A stretch of 24,000 bases of DNA from Ectobacillus funiculus (GCF_042429435.1 NZ_JBHMAF010000196.1), one strand, 5' to 3'; counted from the first letter of the stretch, positions 1 to 9,403 are shown. Notes: generated by a model from the letters alone, not told the origin. Made by a program: numbers and translations.

Positions 1-951
1 CTGTATATTACAGGAAAACCGTATGATACATTAGAAGAAATTGTCGGGATAAGAGGAAAAGGCATTGGTTCGTTTAAAGAATTTCAAATAGGCTATCGTG
101 CTGTCAATCTAACAGCTGAAGGAAAAGTCGATCTGCCAGCGGTCAAAGAGGCAATTGGCGAGCAGACTAAAATGATTGGTATTCAGCGCTCAAAGGGCTA
201 CGCAACTCGTCCATCATTTACGGTGACCGAAATTAAAGAGATGATTGATTTTGTAAAAAGCATTAAGCCTGACGTTATCGTATTTGTGGACAATTGCTAC
301 GGAGAGTTTGTCGAGGAGATTGAACCATGTCACGTTGGCGCGGATCTAATGGCAGGATCGCTTATTAAAAACCCTGGCGGCGGCATTGTGAAAACAGGAG
401 GCTATATTGTTGGGAAAACGAAGTATGTAGAGGCTTGCGCCTACCGTTTAACATCTCCAGGCATCGGAGCAGAAGCAGGTGCATCGCTGTATAGCCTGCA
501 GGAAATGTATCAAGGCTTTTTCTTGGCGCCGCATGTGACCGCACAGGCCTTAAAGGGCGCTGTGTTTACAGCTGCATTTTTAGAGGAACTTGGAATGAAT
601 ACATCACCTCGCTGGGATACGCCGCGGACTGATCTCATTCAGTCTGTTCAATTTGATGATGCAGATCGAATGATCGCGTTTTGTCAGGCTATTCAATATG
701 CCTCGCCCATCAATTCACACTTTAAACCATATGCCAACTATATGCCGGGCTATGAGGATGATGTGATTATGGCGGCAGGAACATTTATACAAGGGGCAAG
801 CATCGAACTATCGGCAGATGGTCCGATTCGCCCTCCATATGTAGCCTATGTCCAAGGCGGACTTACCTACTCACATGTAAAAATTGCGATTTGTTCTGCC
901 ATTGATGAACTTTTGCAAAAAGGATTGCTGCAGCTAGAGCAAACGACATAG
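1..951 (+). CDS. ynbB: PLP-dependent Cys/Met-metabolism family protein (YnbB / aluminium-resistance-protein family), 5' end cut by window edge
   Basis: Frame 1 is open from base 1 (LYITGKPYDTLEEIVGIRGK...) and continues into tracked ORF 172..951. It sits directly upstream of glnR-glnA as ynbB does in B. subtilis. The family call is by resemblance only. Confidence 0.7.
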   Translation: MYITGKPYDTLEEIVGIRGKGIGSFKEFQIGYRAVNLTAEGKVDLPAVKEAIGEQTKMIGIQRSKGYATRPSFTVTEIKEMIDFVKSIKPDVIVFVDNCYGEFVEEIEPCHVGADLMAGSLIKNPGGGIVKTGGYIVGKTKYVEACAYRLTSPGIGAEAGASLYSLQEMYQGFFLAPHVTAQALKGAVFTAAFLEELGMNTSPRWDTPRTDLIQSVQFDDADRMIAFCQAIQYASPINSHFKPYANYMPGYEDDVIMAAGTFIQGASIELSADGPIRPPYVAYVQGGLTYSHVKIAICSAIDELLQKGLLQLEQTT

Positions 952-1037
952 AAGCAAGCAGGATAAAATGAAGCCAAATGCATATGATAACAGAGGGCGC
1001 GATGGGAAGAGACACGCTGTTGGAAGGTATCACAAAA

Positions 1038-1077
1038 AGTAACATTAATTGACATGTTACATAGCGTGTTATAAAAT
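1038..1077 (+). promoter_or_regulatory. glnRA promoter with overlapping GlnR/TnrA-type operator
   Basis: -35 TTGACA (1049-1054), a 17-nt spacer, then -10 TAAAAT (1072-1077). AGTAACATTAATTGACA (1038-1054) fits TGTNA-N7-TNACA with one mismatch and overlaps the -35. A second, weaker dyad TGTTA-N7-TGTTA lies at 1055-1071. Confidence 0.5.
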
Positions 1078-1110
1078 AAAGATATGTTATAAGGCGAAGG
1101 AGGAACCGAA

Positions 1111-1518
1111 GTGCACACACATGATCGGCGTTCTACTCCATTGTTTCCCATCGGTATTGTCATGAATTTGACGCAGCTGTCCGCCCGCCAGATTCGTTAT
1201 TACGAAGAGCATGATTTAATTTCACCTGTCCGAACTGAGGGCAATCGTCGGCTTTTCTCATTTAATGATGTTGATAAATTGCTTGAAATCAAGGACTTGC
1301 TTGATCAAGGCTTAAACTTAGCTGGTATTAAGCAGGTGCTACAATTGAAAGAGGATACCGAGGCACAGGTGCAGCCTGCTCCAGCAGTGCAGCAGGAAAT
1401 ACCGAAGCAATTGTCTGATGCAGAGTTGCGCAAGCTTCTTCGCGATGAGCTTCAGCAAGCAGGTCGATTTAATCGAACCTCGATGCGCCAAGGAGATATG
1501 TCTCGATTCTTTCATTAA
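1111..1518 (+). CDS. glnR: MerR-family nitrogen regulator GlnR
   Basis: GTG start preceded by AAGGAGGA. The protein is alignable end to end with B. subtilis GlnR ([22 protein letters not shown] ... [10 protein letters not shown]). It lies immediately upstream of glnA. Confidence 0.95.
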   Translation: MHTHDRRSTPLFPIGIVMNLTQLSARQIRYYEEHDLISPVRTEGNRRLFSFNDVDKLLEIKDLLDQGLNLAGIKQVLQLKEDTEAQVQPAPAVQQEIPKQLSDAELRKLLRDELQQAGRFNRTSMRQGDMSRFFH

Positions 1519-1574
1519 TATGGGAATTGCTATTTGTTTTACATAAAATGCTAGGGATTAGGAGGAAGGAAACG

Positions 1575-2909
1575 ATGGCAAAGTACACAAAGGATGATAT
1601 TTTTCGTATCGCAAATGAGGAAAATGTAAAGTACATACGCCTGCAATTTACAGATCTTCTAGGCATTATTAAAAATGTTGAGATTCCTGTTAGCCAGTTA
1701 GAAAAAGCATTAGGAAACAAAATGATGTTTGATGGTTCTTCAATTGAAGGATTTGTCCGTATCGAAGAGTCAGATATGTATTTATATCCAGATTTAGATA
1801 CTTGGGTTATTTTCCCTTGGACTCCAGAAAAAGGAAAAGTTGCCCGTTTGATTTGTGATATTTACAATCCAGACGGTACACCATTCGAAGGTGATCCACG
1901 CAATAACTTAAAGCGCATTTTGAAGGAAATGGAAGCGCTTGGATTTACGCACTTCAACCTTGGACCAGAGCCGGAGTTCTTCCTTTTCAAGGTAGATGAA
2001 AAGGGCAACCCAACTCTAGAGCTGAATGATAACGGCGGTTATTTTGACCTTGCGCCAACAGATTTAGGCGAAAACTGCCGACGCGATATCGTGCTTGAGC
2101 TTGAAGAAATGGGATTTGAGATTGAAGCATCTCACCATGAAGTAGCGCCAGGTCAGCATGAAATTGACTTTAAATATGCTGATGCGTTAAAAGCTTGTGA
2201 TGATATTCAAACATTTAAGCTTGTTGTAAAAACAATCGCTCGTAAACATGGTTTGCATGCAACGTTCATGCCGAAGCCGTTATTTGGAGTGAATGGATCC
2301 GGTATGCACTGCAACCTATCCTTATTCCGCGGCAATGAAAATGCATTCTATGATCCAAGCAGCGAATTACAATTAAGCGAAGTTGCCCGTCATTTTCTTG
2401 CTGGTATATTAAAGCATGCAACGAGCTTCACTGCGGTTACAAACCCAACAGTAAACTCGTATAAGCGACTTGTGCCTGGTTATGAAGCACCTTGCTATGT
2501 AGCTTGGTCTGCTCGCAACCGCAGTCCGTTAATTCGTATCCCTGCTTCTCGCGGTTTGAGCACGCGTGTTGAAGTGCGCAGTGTAGACCCTGCTGCAAAT
2601 CCATACTTGGCAATGGCAGTATTGCTTGCTGCTGGTCTTGATGGCATTAAAAATAAAATTGCAGTACCGGCTCCAGTAGACCGCAACATTTATGTGATGA
2701 CAAAATCAGAGCGCGAAAAAGCAGGTATTGTAGACTTACCGGCTACATTGGCAGAAGCGCTCGACAACTTGAAAACAAATGAGGTTATTTGCAACGCGTT
2801 AGGACAGCATTTGCTTGAACATTTCATTGAAGCAAAAGAAATTGAGTGGGATATGTTCCGTACACAAGTTCACCAATGGGAACGCGATCAGTATATGAGC
2901 GTATATTAA
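1575..2909 (+). CDS. glnA: glutamine synthetase type I
   Basis: The real start is MAKYTKDDI at 1575, after GGAGGAAGGA. The tracked ORF start at 1527 is an upstream in-frame extension. The full-length GS-I sequence is present ([33 protein letters not shown]). Confidence 0.97.
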   Translation: MAKYTKDDIFRIANEENVKYIRLQFTDLLGIIKNVEIPVSQLEKALGNKMMFDGSSIEGFVRIEESDMYLYPDLDTWVIFPWTPEKGKVARLICDIYNPDGTPFEGDPRNNLKRILKEMEALGFTHFNLGPEPEFFLFKVDEKGNPTLELNDNGGYFDLAPTDLGENCRRDIVLELEEMGFEIEASHHEVAPGQHEIDFKYADALKACDDIQTFKLVVKTIARKHGLHATFMPKPLFGVNGSGMHCNLSLFRGNENAFYDPSSELQLSEVARHFLAGILKHATSFTAVTNPTVNSYKRLVPGYEAPCYVAWSARNRSPLIRIPASRGLSTRVEVRSVDPAANPYLAMAVLLAAGLDGIKNKIAVPAPVDRNIYVMTKSEREKAGIVDLPATLAEALDNLKTNEVICNALGQHLLEHFIEAKEIEWDMFRTQVHQWERDQYMSVY

Positions 2910-2915
2910 AAACGA

Positions 2916-2951
2916 AAAGCCTTGACCCTAACTGGGGTTGGGGCTTTTTTT
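2916..2951 (+). terminator. glnA intrinsic terminator
   Basis: AAAGCCTTGACCC (2916-2928) pairs with GGGTTGGGGCTTT (2935-2947, including G-U pairs). A run of T follows to 2951. Confidence 0.8.
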
Positions 2952-2955
2952 ATAC

Positions 2956-3080
2956 ACTTTAAGCATAAATTTCTAGCCAGGGGACTATTCGACGTAGTGA
3001 GATATTCTAGGAATAAAATATAAGTGCAACTACGCCTCTGTTTTCACCCAAGGGCAAGGCTCGCCTATGATCTTGCTAAT
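2956..3080 (+). repeat. structured intergenic repeat, copy 1 (3' module degenerate)
   Basis: ACTTTAAGCATAAATTTCTAGCC...AAGTGCAACTACGCCTCTGTTTTCACCCAAGGGCAAGGCTCGCC aligns with copies at 11255, 12344 and 19594. The terminal hairpin and TTTTCTTTAC tail are lost. Confidence 0.7.
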
Positions 3081-3500
3081 TATTTCAAGCTTAGCGCATA
3101 GGACTTTCTATTCCTTATATAATATTTTGATATTAAATTAACAGGAAATAAAGTGTGCCAATCAAGGTATGGTTAATGTGTGTTCTCTGCTTCCTTTTGG
3201 GAATTCTTGTCCCTATTGTTTTTTGTTATTACCAGATTACTAGATCTTTTTAGAGGGGTTATCTGTGGCTGAAAAAAAGAGCTATATTGGCCTGCATGGT
3301 TATTATTCAGTCGAGGAGGAGTGTACGAAGGAACCAGTTAAGAGCTTTTGGATAATCGTTTCAGAGTCTAGAAATGCGAGTCATACTGTATAACACCGAA
3401 ATGTTTTCTGCCGCTTCGTCAAAAGAGTCCCTATAAGCGGACTGTGTTCGCGATGGTTGCTTTCTCCCTAGTTCTTTATCCGCTAGGAGAGAGGGCAACT

Positions 3501-3528
3501 AAAAAAGAGACGCTATTTCCAGCGTCTC
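3501..3528 (-). terminator. intrinsic terminator of the zinc-ribbon gene
   Basis: On the minus strand GAGACGCT-GGAAAT-AGCGTCTC is followed by TTTTTT (plus-strand A run 3501-3506). It lies 18 nt past the stop at 3546. Confidence 0.7.
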
Positions 3529-3545
3529 CATCTATTTATTAAAAA

Positions 3546-3767
3546 TCAGCGTAAAAGCAATCCATCAAGAAATTCAGTCTGTAAGGATGCTTCCCCGCAA
3601 TCTTTACAGGTCGTTATTGTAGCGCGGGCGTTGAATACACGGAGCATCTCGAAATCACTAGGATGCCAGCTGCTACACTCATGTTGAGTATTCTTTTCGC
3701 AACTAGGGCAATGTTTCTCCAAAAGCTTAACAGCGGGACTACGTTCAATTATTTTCTCCATTTTCAT
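3546..3767 (-). CDS. hypothetical small zinc-ribbon protein (CxxC...CxxC)
   Basis: 73-aa ORF with SD AAGGGGGA upstream of the ATG and its own terminator. It has two CxxC pairs (CPSC at residues 20-23, CKDC at 54-57). I recognise no family. Confidence 0.6.
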   Translation of the reverse strand: MKMEKIIERSPAVKLLEKHCPSCEKNTQHECSSWHPSDFEMLRVFNARATITTCKDCGEASLQTEFLDGLLLR

Positions 3768-4009
3768 ATTCCCCCTTTGTTTTGTAGCTCTACATTTAGA
3801 TTGTACCTTATTTTAGGACATATGTGATATGTTTTTAGTAAGATTTAGTGACATAAAAAAGAAACTTCATATGTAATTGTCCACTGCTCTTTCATCTGCC
3901 ATAAACATTCTATTATTTATCTTGGGCTGTTTCGTCTTAGGCTGTTCTTATCCAGCTGCCATTTATTCACATGTAATAAGAATATTTAGAAAATTTATAA
4001 TCTTTAGTA

Positions 4010-4038
4010 TTTACAAAATTCGACTTAAGATGTATGAT
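4010..4038 (+). promoter_or_regulatory. candidate sigma-A promoter reading into the tandem 76-nt repeats
   Basis: TTTACA (4010-4015), a 17-nt spacer, then TATGAT (4033-4038). No protein-coding ORF follows. Confidence 0.4.
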
Positions 4039-4044
4039 AAAGAC

Positions 4045-4526
4045 AAGTAATACAAACGAATCAAAAACATCAGAAAAGGATGTGAGTTTAGTAAAATAGA
4101 GAAAGGTGAAATGTACAGGGATGTACATGGGAATGGCTAACCTAACTAAGGAAAAGGTGATTCCAGTGGGATAGAGAAAGGCGAAGTGTGCAGAGGCGCA
4201 CATGGGAAGCAGCCAAGCTAACTAAGGAAAAGGTGATTCCAGTGGGATAGAGAAAGGCGAAGTGTACAGGGATGTACATGGGAAACGGCTAACCTAACTA
4301 AGGAAAAGGTGATTCCAATGAAGTAAGTAAGGCGAAGGTTTAATTACATAGACCGGGTAGGAACCTAGACATGAGTTTTGAACAAATCTCGAGTCAAGGA
4401 GGGGTTCTCTTAAAGAGAAAAGCATGGAAAGGACTTCGAAAAAATGAATGAGGAAATAGTGTAAGCGACCTTGTCACTCCAGTATGGATAGACGAGGTCG
4501 CTTGCTGTCGTTTTATCTGCTTTTTT
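4045..4526 (+). ncRNA. hypothetical GGA-rich small RNA (ends and strand not established)
   Basis: It lies downstream of the 4010-4038 promoter. There are 17 GGA on the + strand between 4078 and 4488, against 4 on the - strand. Hairpins are repeated. A possible 3' end is the 9-bp stem AAGCGACCT/AGGTCGCTT (4463-4503) followed by a T-rich tract to 4526. Confidence 0.3.
4072..4337 (+). repeat. 3.5 tandem copies of a 76-bp purine-rich unit
   Basis: Units start at about 4072, 4148, 4224 and 4300 (period 76). The first 41 nt of units 2 and 3 are identical (AAGGAAAAGGTGATTCCAGTGGGATAGAGAAAGGCGAAGTG). Unit 4 is partial. Confidence 0.9.
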
Positions 4527-4669
4527 GATCCAGTCGCTGCAAGTTTTGTTAGGGGAAGTGCTGTTATTACAATAATTCTCAACTTCATCATCTTAAAAGA
4601 GAAAGCTTCTAAAAATACAATGATTGGCGGTGCTGTAATTACTCTCAGTGCAGTAATGCTTATTCTATA
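4452..4669 (+). pseudogene. C-terminal remnant of an EamA/DMT-family transporter
   Basis: The open frame 4452-4669 has no start context. It ends ...FIILKEKASKNTMIGGAVITLSAVMLIL*, the typical last TM helix of DMT permeases. The N-terminal ~250 aa are missing. Confidence 0.45.
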
Positions 4670-4823
4670 ATGAACGATTTAATTAAGGAGTTCGGACCGT
4701 AAACCTTAGATATCACTATATATTAAGAAGGTTTTTGGCTGTTTTTTTGCTTTTGCATTAAAAAGGGAGGCAATGTATTGTAATGAGCCACATGGTGTAT
4801 ACTAAGAAAAAAGGAAGAATCTA

Positions 4824-5291
4824 ATGATAGGATGTATTATCGCAATCATTGTATTTAATATCGTAGCTTTTAAGCTAAATAAAAGGCTAACAACAAATCA
4901 AGTTGTTCATATTTGGACATTTACAATTGCGTTCCAATGCATCTTTGATTTTATGCTAGAATTTAAATATTATGGTTATTGGTATTTTGACAAAGGGGCA
5001 GATTGGATAGGGATTCTTCCGCATACAGTATTGATTTCACCTGTTAACATGATGTTTTTGAATGGATATCCGTTTGAACATGGAATGAGGAAAAAGATTG
5101 TGTATATTGTTGTCTGGACACTAGGTGCTTTAGTGTATGAAACCATCACGTTACTTCCTGAACCGTGGGGATACTTTCATTATGGGTGGTGGAGATTGTG
5201 GCACGCAGCACTAGTGGATCCTGTACTTTTTTTTATGCTGCTTAAATATTACAAATGGATATGCAAATTAGAAAGGCAAGCTTGTCAGTGA
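4824..5291 (+). CDS. small polytopic membrane protein (resembles CBO0543-type family)
   Basis: 155-aa ORF with SD AAAGGAAG 7 nt upstream. It has 4-5 hydrophobic, Trp/Tyr-rich segments. The family call is tentative. Confidence 0.6.
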   Translation: MIGCIIAIIVFNIVAFKLNKRLTTNQVVHIWTFTIAFQCIFDFMLEFKYYGYWYFDKGADWIGILPHTVLISPVNMMFLNGYPFEHGMRKKIVYIVVWTLGALVYETITLLPEPWGYFHYGWWRLWHAALVDPVLFFMLLKYYKWICKLERQACQ

Positions 5292-5415
5292 AAAAGAATG
5301 ATTGGTATTCAGGGATTTAAATGGTAAATTTTGTTATATAAACGCATGTGTAGAAAGAAGATAGATAATATCTGAAAAATAGAAATATTAAAATAGTTGA
5401 AAAGATTTCTTGGAA

Positions 5416-5446
5416 TAATAAAAAAGAAGAGCTATTGGAAGCTCTT
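5416..5446 (-). terminator. lexA terminator (possibly bidirectional)
   Basis: AAGAGCT (5427-5433) pairs with AGCTCTT (5440-5446), directly after the lexA stop (5447-5449). On the minus strand it is followed by CTTTTTTATT. Confidence 0.65.
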
Positions 5447-6067
5447 TTAATGGATATTTCGATATACGCCAATGACTTTTCCGATAATGGAAACGTGTTG
5501 TAAAATAATCGGCTGCAGCGAAGAGTTTTCTGGCTGCAGGCGGAAGTGTTCCGCTTCTTTATAGAAACGTTTTACTGTTGCTTCGTTTTCCTCCGTCATT
5601 GCTACCACAATTTCTCCGTTATTGGCGGATGTTTGCTGGCGAACGACAACGAGGTCGCCATCGAGAATTCCTGCCTCAATCATGCTGTCGCCAGCGATCT
5701 TTAACATGAAAACAGAATCGTTTTCGGGAACTAAATTGGCCGGCAATGGGAAATGCTCGTCAATATTTTCAACAGCTGTAATGGGCGGACCTGCTGTTAC
5801 TTTTCCGATAATCGGAACGTGTACAACGGATTTCATTACGGTGGATGGTCCATCCTCCCCTAATATTTCGATGGCGCGAGGCTTTGTTGGGTCGCGTCGA
5901 ATATACCCTTTTTCTTCTAAACGCGATAAGTGACCATGTACAGTAGAACTAGAAGCAAGACCAACCGCTTGCCCAATTTCACGTACAGAAGGCGGATACC
6001 CTTTTTCTTGTACCTTTTGCTTGATGAAGTTGAGTATATCAAGCTGTCTTTTTGATAGTTTTTCCAT
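5447..6067 (-). CDS. lexA: SOS repressor LexA
   Basis: The real start is [14 protein letters not shown] at 6067, after GAGGTG. The tracked 251-aa ORF is an upstream extension. It has a wHTH N-domain, a VTAG cleavage region, GDSM (Ser) and VKRF (Lys) of the S24 peptidase dyad. Confidence 0.97.
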   Translation of the reverse strand: MEKLSKRQLDILNFIKQKVQEKGYPPSVREIGQAVGLASSSTVHGHLSRLEEKGYIRRDPTKPRAIEILGEDGPSTVMKSVVHVPIIGKVTAGPPITAVENIDEHFPLPANLVPENDSVFMLKIAGDSMIEAGILDGDLVVVRQQTSANNGEIVVAMTEENEATVKRFYKEAEHFRLQPENSSLQPIILQHVSIIGKVIGVYRNIH

Positions 6068-6103
6068 ATTTACACCTCGCTTTGTATAAGAGCTTTTTAT
6101 TTC

Positions 6104-6129
6104 ATTATAGCATGAAAAGATTGTTTTCA

Positions 6130-6132
<3 letters not shown>
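6104..6132 (-). promoter_or_regulatory. lexA promoter
   Basis: On the minus strand: TTGTGA (6127-6132), 17 nt, then TATAAT (6104-6109). Confidence 0.5.
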
Positions 6133-6849
<717 letters not shown>

Positions 6850-6895
6850 CTAGTATAAGATGGGTACGTAGTGCTTAGAAAAGGAGAGAGGAACT

Positions 6896-7135
6896 ATGTT
6901 AAGTCCTGAAAAAATAAGTCGCATTAATGCGTTAGCTAATAAAGCAAAAGCGGAAGGATTAACGAAAGAAGAGCAGCAAGAACAGCAGGAACTTCGTAAA
7001 GAGTATTTGCAAACCTTCCGTGGGCATATGTTAGATCAATTAAAGTCTGTAAAAGTTGTTGATGATAAAGGAAATGATATTACTCCTGGGAAATTAAAGA
7101 AGCTCAAGCAGCAAGGGAAAAGCATGTTGCACTAA
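6896..7135 (+). CDS. ynzC: UPF0291/DUF896 protein YnzC
   Basis: 79 aa, with SD AAAGGAGAGAGG. It aligns with B. subtilis YnzC (RIN.LA.KAKA...EEQ.EQQ.LR.EYL..FR). Confidence 0.85.
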   Translation: MLSPEKISRINALANKAKAEGLTKEEQQEQQELRKEYLQTFRGHMLDQLKSVKVVDDKGNDITPGKLKKLKQQGKSMLH

Positions 7136-7164
7136 AAAGAGGCGAGGAAACTCGTCTCTTTTTG
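7136..7164 (+). terminator. ynzC terminator
   Basis: AGAGGCGAG-GAAA-CTCGTCTCT followed by TTTT. Confidence 0.7.
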
Positions 7165-7408
7165 CGTGAGAGATTGAGAGAACCAGGCTAAAAGGGTATT
7201 CAGTTGGTGCTTCTTGCAAGGATACTAGGCTTGAAATTACAAATAGACTGTATTTTTGGTGCTGTATGAATTTCTGTAATTTTTGTTATATTTGAAAAAT
7301 TATAATGTCTTTTCAATAAATATTGCCAATACATGTTGTATAATTAAGTGTGGCAAGCTATCATATAGAGTGTGTTAATTGTCTATTATTTTTGAAAGGG
7401 AGAAAACT

Positions 7409-9403
7409 ATGTCACATTCAATTGAACAACTTTCTATCAATACAATTCGTACGCTTTCCATTGATGCGATTGAAAAATCAAACTCAGGACATCCTGGGAT
7501 GCCGATGGGTGCAGCACCAATGGCGTATACATTATGGTCACAATTTATGAATCACAATCCGCGCAATCCAAAATGGTTTAACCGTGACCGTTTTGTACTT
7601 TCTGCAGGTCATGGATCCATGTTGCTATACAGCATGCTTCACCTATCTGGCTATGATGTAACGATAGATGATCTAAAAAGCTTCCGTCAATGGGGCAGCA
7701 AAACACCAGGACACCCAGAATACGATCATACTCCTGGCGTAGATTGTACAACAGGACCACTTGGACAAGGGATTGCTACAGCTGTAGGTATGGCTATGGC
7801 GGAGCGCCACTTAGCTGCAAAATATAATCGCGAAGCATACAACGTAGTAGATCATTATACATACGTAATTTGCGGAGACGGCGACTTAATGGAAGGTGTT
7901 TCTGCTGAAGCATCCTCTTTGGCGGCGCATTTAGGTTTAGGCCGTTTGGTTGTATTGTACGATTCCAATGATATTTCCTTGGATGGCGATTTAGATCGTT
8001 CCTTCTCTGAAAGTGTAAAAGGCCGTTACGAAGCATACGGCTGGCAATATATTCGTGTAGAAGACGGAATGGATGTTGCTGCGATTGCAAAAGCACTCGA
8101 AGAAGCAAAGAGCGACGAAAACCGTCCGACATTAATCGAAGTACGTACAATCATCGGTTTCGGTTCTCCAAATAAATCCGGAAAATCCGCTTCCCACGGT
8201 TCTCCGCTTGGTAAGTCTGAAACACAATTAACAAAAGAAGCTTATGGTTGGAATTTCGAACAAGAATTCCACGTGCCTGAAGAAGTATACGCACATTTCC
8301 GTTCTGTGATTCAAGAAGCAGGCGAGAAGAAGCAAGGTGAATGGGATGCATTGCTAAAAGGCTATGCGGCTGCTTATCCTGAATTAGCGACAGAGCTTAC
8401 TGACGCAATGGAAGGCCGTCTTCCTGAAGGATGGGAAAACAATCTTCCAAAATACGGCTTAGGAACAGCAACTGCTACACGTAACTCTTCTGGGGAAGCA
8501 ATCAACGCGATCGCAGAAGTCGTTCCAGCTTTCTTTGGTGGTTCTGCAGACCTTGCAGGTTCTAACAAAACATATATGAAGAACGCAAAAGACTTCACAA
8601 GAGAAGATTATAGCGGCAAAAACATTTGGTACGGCGTTCGTGAGTTCGCGATGGGCGCGGCGATGAACGGAATTGCGCTGCATGGCGGCTTAACAACATT
8701 CGGCGGTACATTCTTCGTATTCTCTGACTACCTACGTCCGGCAATTCGCCTAGCTGCTTTAATGAAATTGCCTGTTACGTATGTATTCACACACGATAGC
8801 ATTGCAGTAGGAGAAGATGGTCCAACGCATGAGCCAATTGAACAGCTTGCTTCTTTACGTGCAATGCCAGGTCTTTCTGTGATCCGTCCTGCAGATGGAA
8901 ACGAATCTTCCGCTGCATGGCAGCTTGCGGTAGAATCTAACAAACCAACAGCTCTTGTGTTAACTCGTCAAGACTTGGCTGCGTTAGAGGGTGCGGTAGA
9001 AAACACATATGACAAAGTATCTAAAGGTGCATATGTGGTTTCACCAAGCAAGAAAGCAACAGCAGATGCGATTCTAATTGCAACAGGTTCTGAAGTAAAC
9101 TTAGCAGTGGAAGCACAAGCTGCACTAGCAAAAGACGGTATTGATGCATCTGTTGTAAGCATGCCATCTTTTGATTTGTTCGAAGCACAATCAAAAGAAT
9201 ATAAAGAGTCAGTTCTTCCAAGAGCGGTAACAAAACGTCTTGCAATCGAGATGGGATCTACACTTGGCTGGCACCGTTATGTAGGCTTAGATGGTGACGT
9301 AGTAGGTATCGATACATTCGGCGCTTCTGCACCAGGTGAAAAGATTATGGAAGAGTATGGTTTCACAGTAGAAAATGTTGTTGCGAAAGTAAAAGCATTG
9401 TAA
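7409..9403 (+). CDS. tkt: transketolase
   Basis: The real start is MSHSIEQLS at 7409, after GAAAGGGAG. It has the [11 protein letters not shown] and [11 protein letters not shown]-binding motifs and is a full-length 664-aa Tkt. Confidence 0.97.
   Translation: MSHSIEQLSINTIRTLSIDAIEKSNSGHPGMPMGAAPMAYTLWSQFMNHNPRNPKWFNRDRFVLSAGHGSMLLYSMLHLSGYDVTIDDLKSFRQWGSKTPGHPEYDHTPGVDCTTGPLGQGIATAVGMAMAERHLAAKYNREAYNVVDHYTYVICGDGDLMEGVSAEASSLAAHLGLGRLVVLYDSNDISLDGDLDRSFSESVKGRYEAYGWQYIRVEDGMDVAAIAKALEEAKSDENRPTLIEVRTIIGFGSPNKSGKSASHGSPLGKSETQLTKEAYGWNFEQEFHVPEEVYAHFRSVIQEAGEKKQGEWDALLKGYAAAYPELATELTDAMEGRLPEGWENNLPKYGLGTATATRNSSGEAINAIAEVVPAFFGGSADLAGSNKTYMKNAKDFTREDYSGKNIWYGVREFAMGAAMNGIALHGGLTTFGGTFFVFSDYLRPAIRLAALMKLPVTYVFTHDSIAVGEDGPTHEPIEQLASLRAMPGLSVIRPADGNESSAAWQLAVESNKPTALVLTRQDLAALEGAVENTYDKVSKGAYVVSPSKKATADAILIATGSEVNLAVEAQAALAKDGIDASVVSMPSFDLFEAQSKEYKESVLPRAVTKRLAIEMGSTLGWHRYVGLDGDVVGIDTFGASAPGEKIMEEYGFTVENVVAKVKAL

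Noticed and set aside
863-1163. Minus-strand ORFs of 85 and 98 aa over the ynbB 3' end and the glnR promoter
   Set aside because: They overlap a well-supported CDS and the glnRA promoter/operator. They have no SD and no recognisable product.
3169-3393. Two tiny + strand ORFs: a 24-aa Cys-rich MVNVCSLLPFGNSCPYCFLLLPDY at 3169-3243, and a 42-aa GTG-start ORF at 3265-3393 with GAGGGG upstream
   Set aside because: The only support is an ORF plus, for the second, an SD-like sequence. There is no partner gene (for example a radical-SAM maturase) and no conservation evidence, so they are not reported as features.
3981-3995. CodY-box-like AATATTTAGAAAATT upstream of the 4010 promoter
   Set aside because: It has two mismatches to AATTTTCWGAAAATT in very AT-rich DNA. 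I cannot distinguish it from chance without a scoring matrix or ChIP data.
4112-4127. TGTACA-N4-TGTACA as a DNA operator (for example TnrA/GlnR, given the proximity to glnRA)
   Set aside because: The TnrA/GlnR consensus is a 17-bp TGTNA-N7-TNACA. This palindrome is 16 bp and has the wrong base at position 5. Unit 2 changes both arms in a pair-preserving way, which argues for a folded nucleic acid rather than a protein-read DNA sequence.
3967-4203. 78-aa minus-strand ORF spanning the tandem repeats
   Set aside because: There is no SD upstream of its ATG (TTAGTTAGCTTGGCTGCTTCCC precedes it). The sequence is low-complexity and Phe/Leu-rich, produced by reading the purine-rich repeats in antisense. 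It covers only some units and is not repeated in frame.
4100-4320. Mini-ORFs inside the 76-nt units (for example GTG-GGA-TAG, ATG-AAG-TAA, and 9-11 codon peptides MYRDVHGNG / VCRGAHGKQPS / VYRDVHGKRLT)
   Set aside because: Start codons and lengths are not conserved between units, and SD spacing is too short (1-4 nt). The unit-to-unit differences are better explained by compensatory stem changes than by peptide conservation.
4072-4337. CRISPR array
   Set aside because: The units are contiguous 76-bp direct repeats with no unique spacers between them. No cas genes or leader-like architecture are present.
4394-4591. 65-aa minus-strand ORF
   Set aside because: It is antisense to the DMT-transporter remnant, has no SD and no recognisable domain.
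5622-5933. 103-aa + strand ORF inside lexA
   Set aside because: It is antisense to an unambiguous lexA. The same reasoning rejects the many antisense or out-of-frame ORFs inside glnA (2495-2689), tkt (7350-7550 and 7578-9245), hutP and hutHUIG (13599-13838, 13898-14435 and 14928-19563), citB (23059-23823) and sirA/yneF (10072-10439).
6113-6129. Palindrome TGAAAA-GATTG-TTTTCA as a second SOS box
   Set aside because: It does not fit GAAC-N4-GTTC in any register. It lies in the lexA promoter spacer and may be fortuitous.
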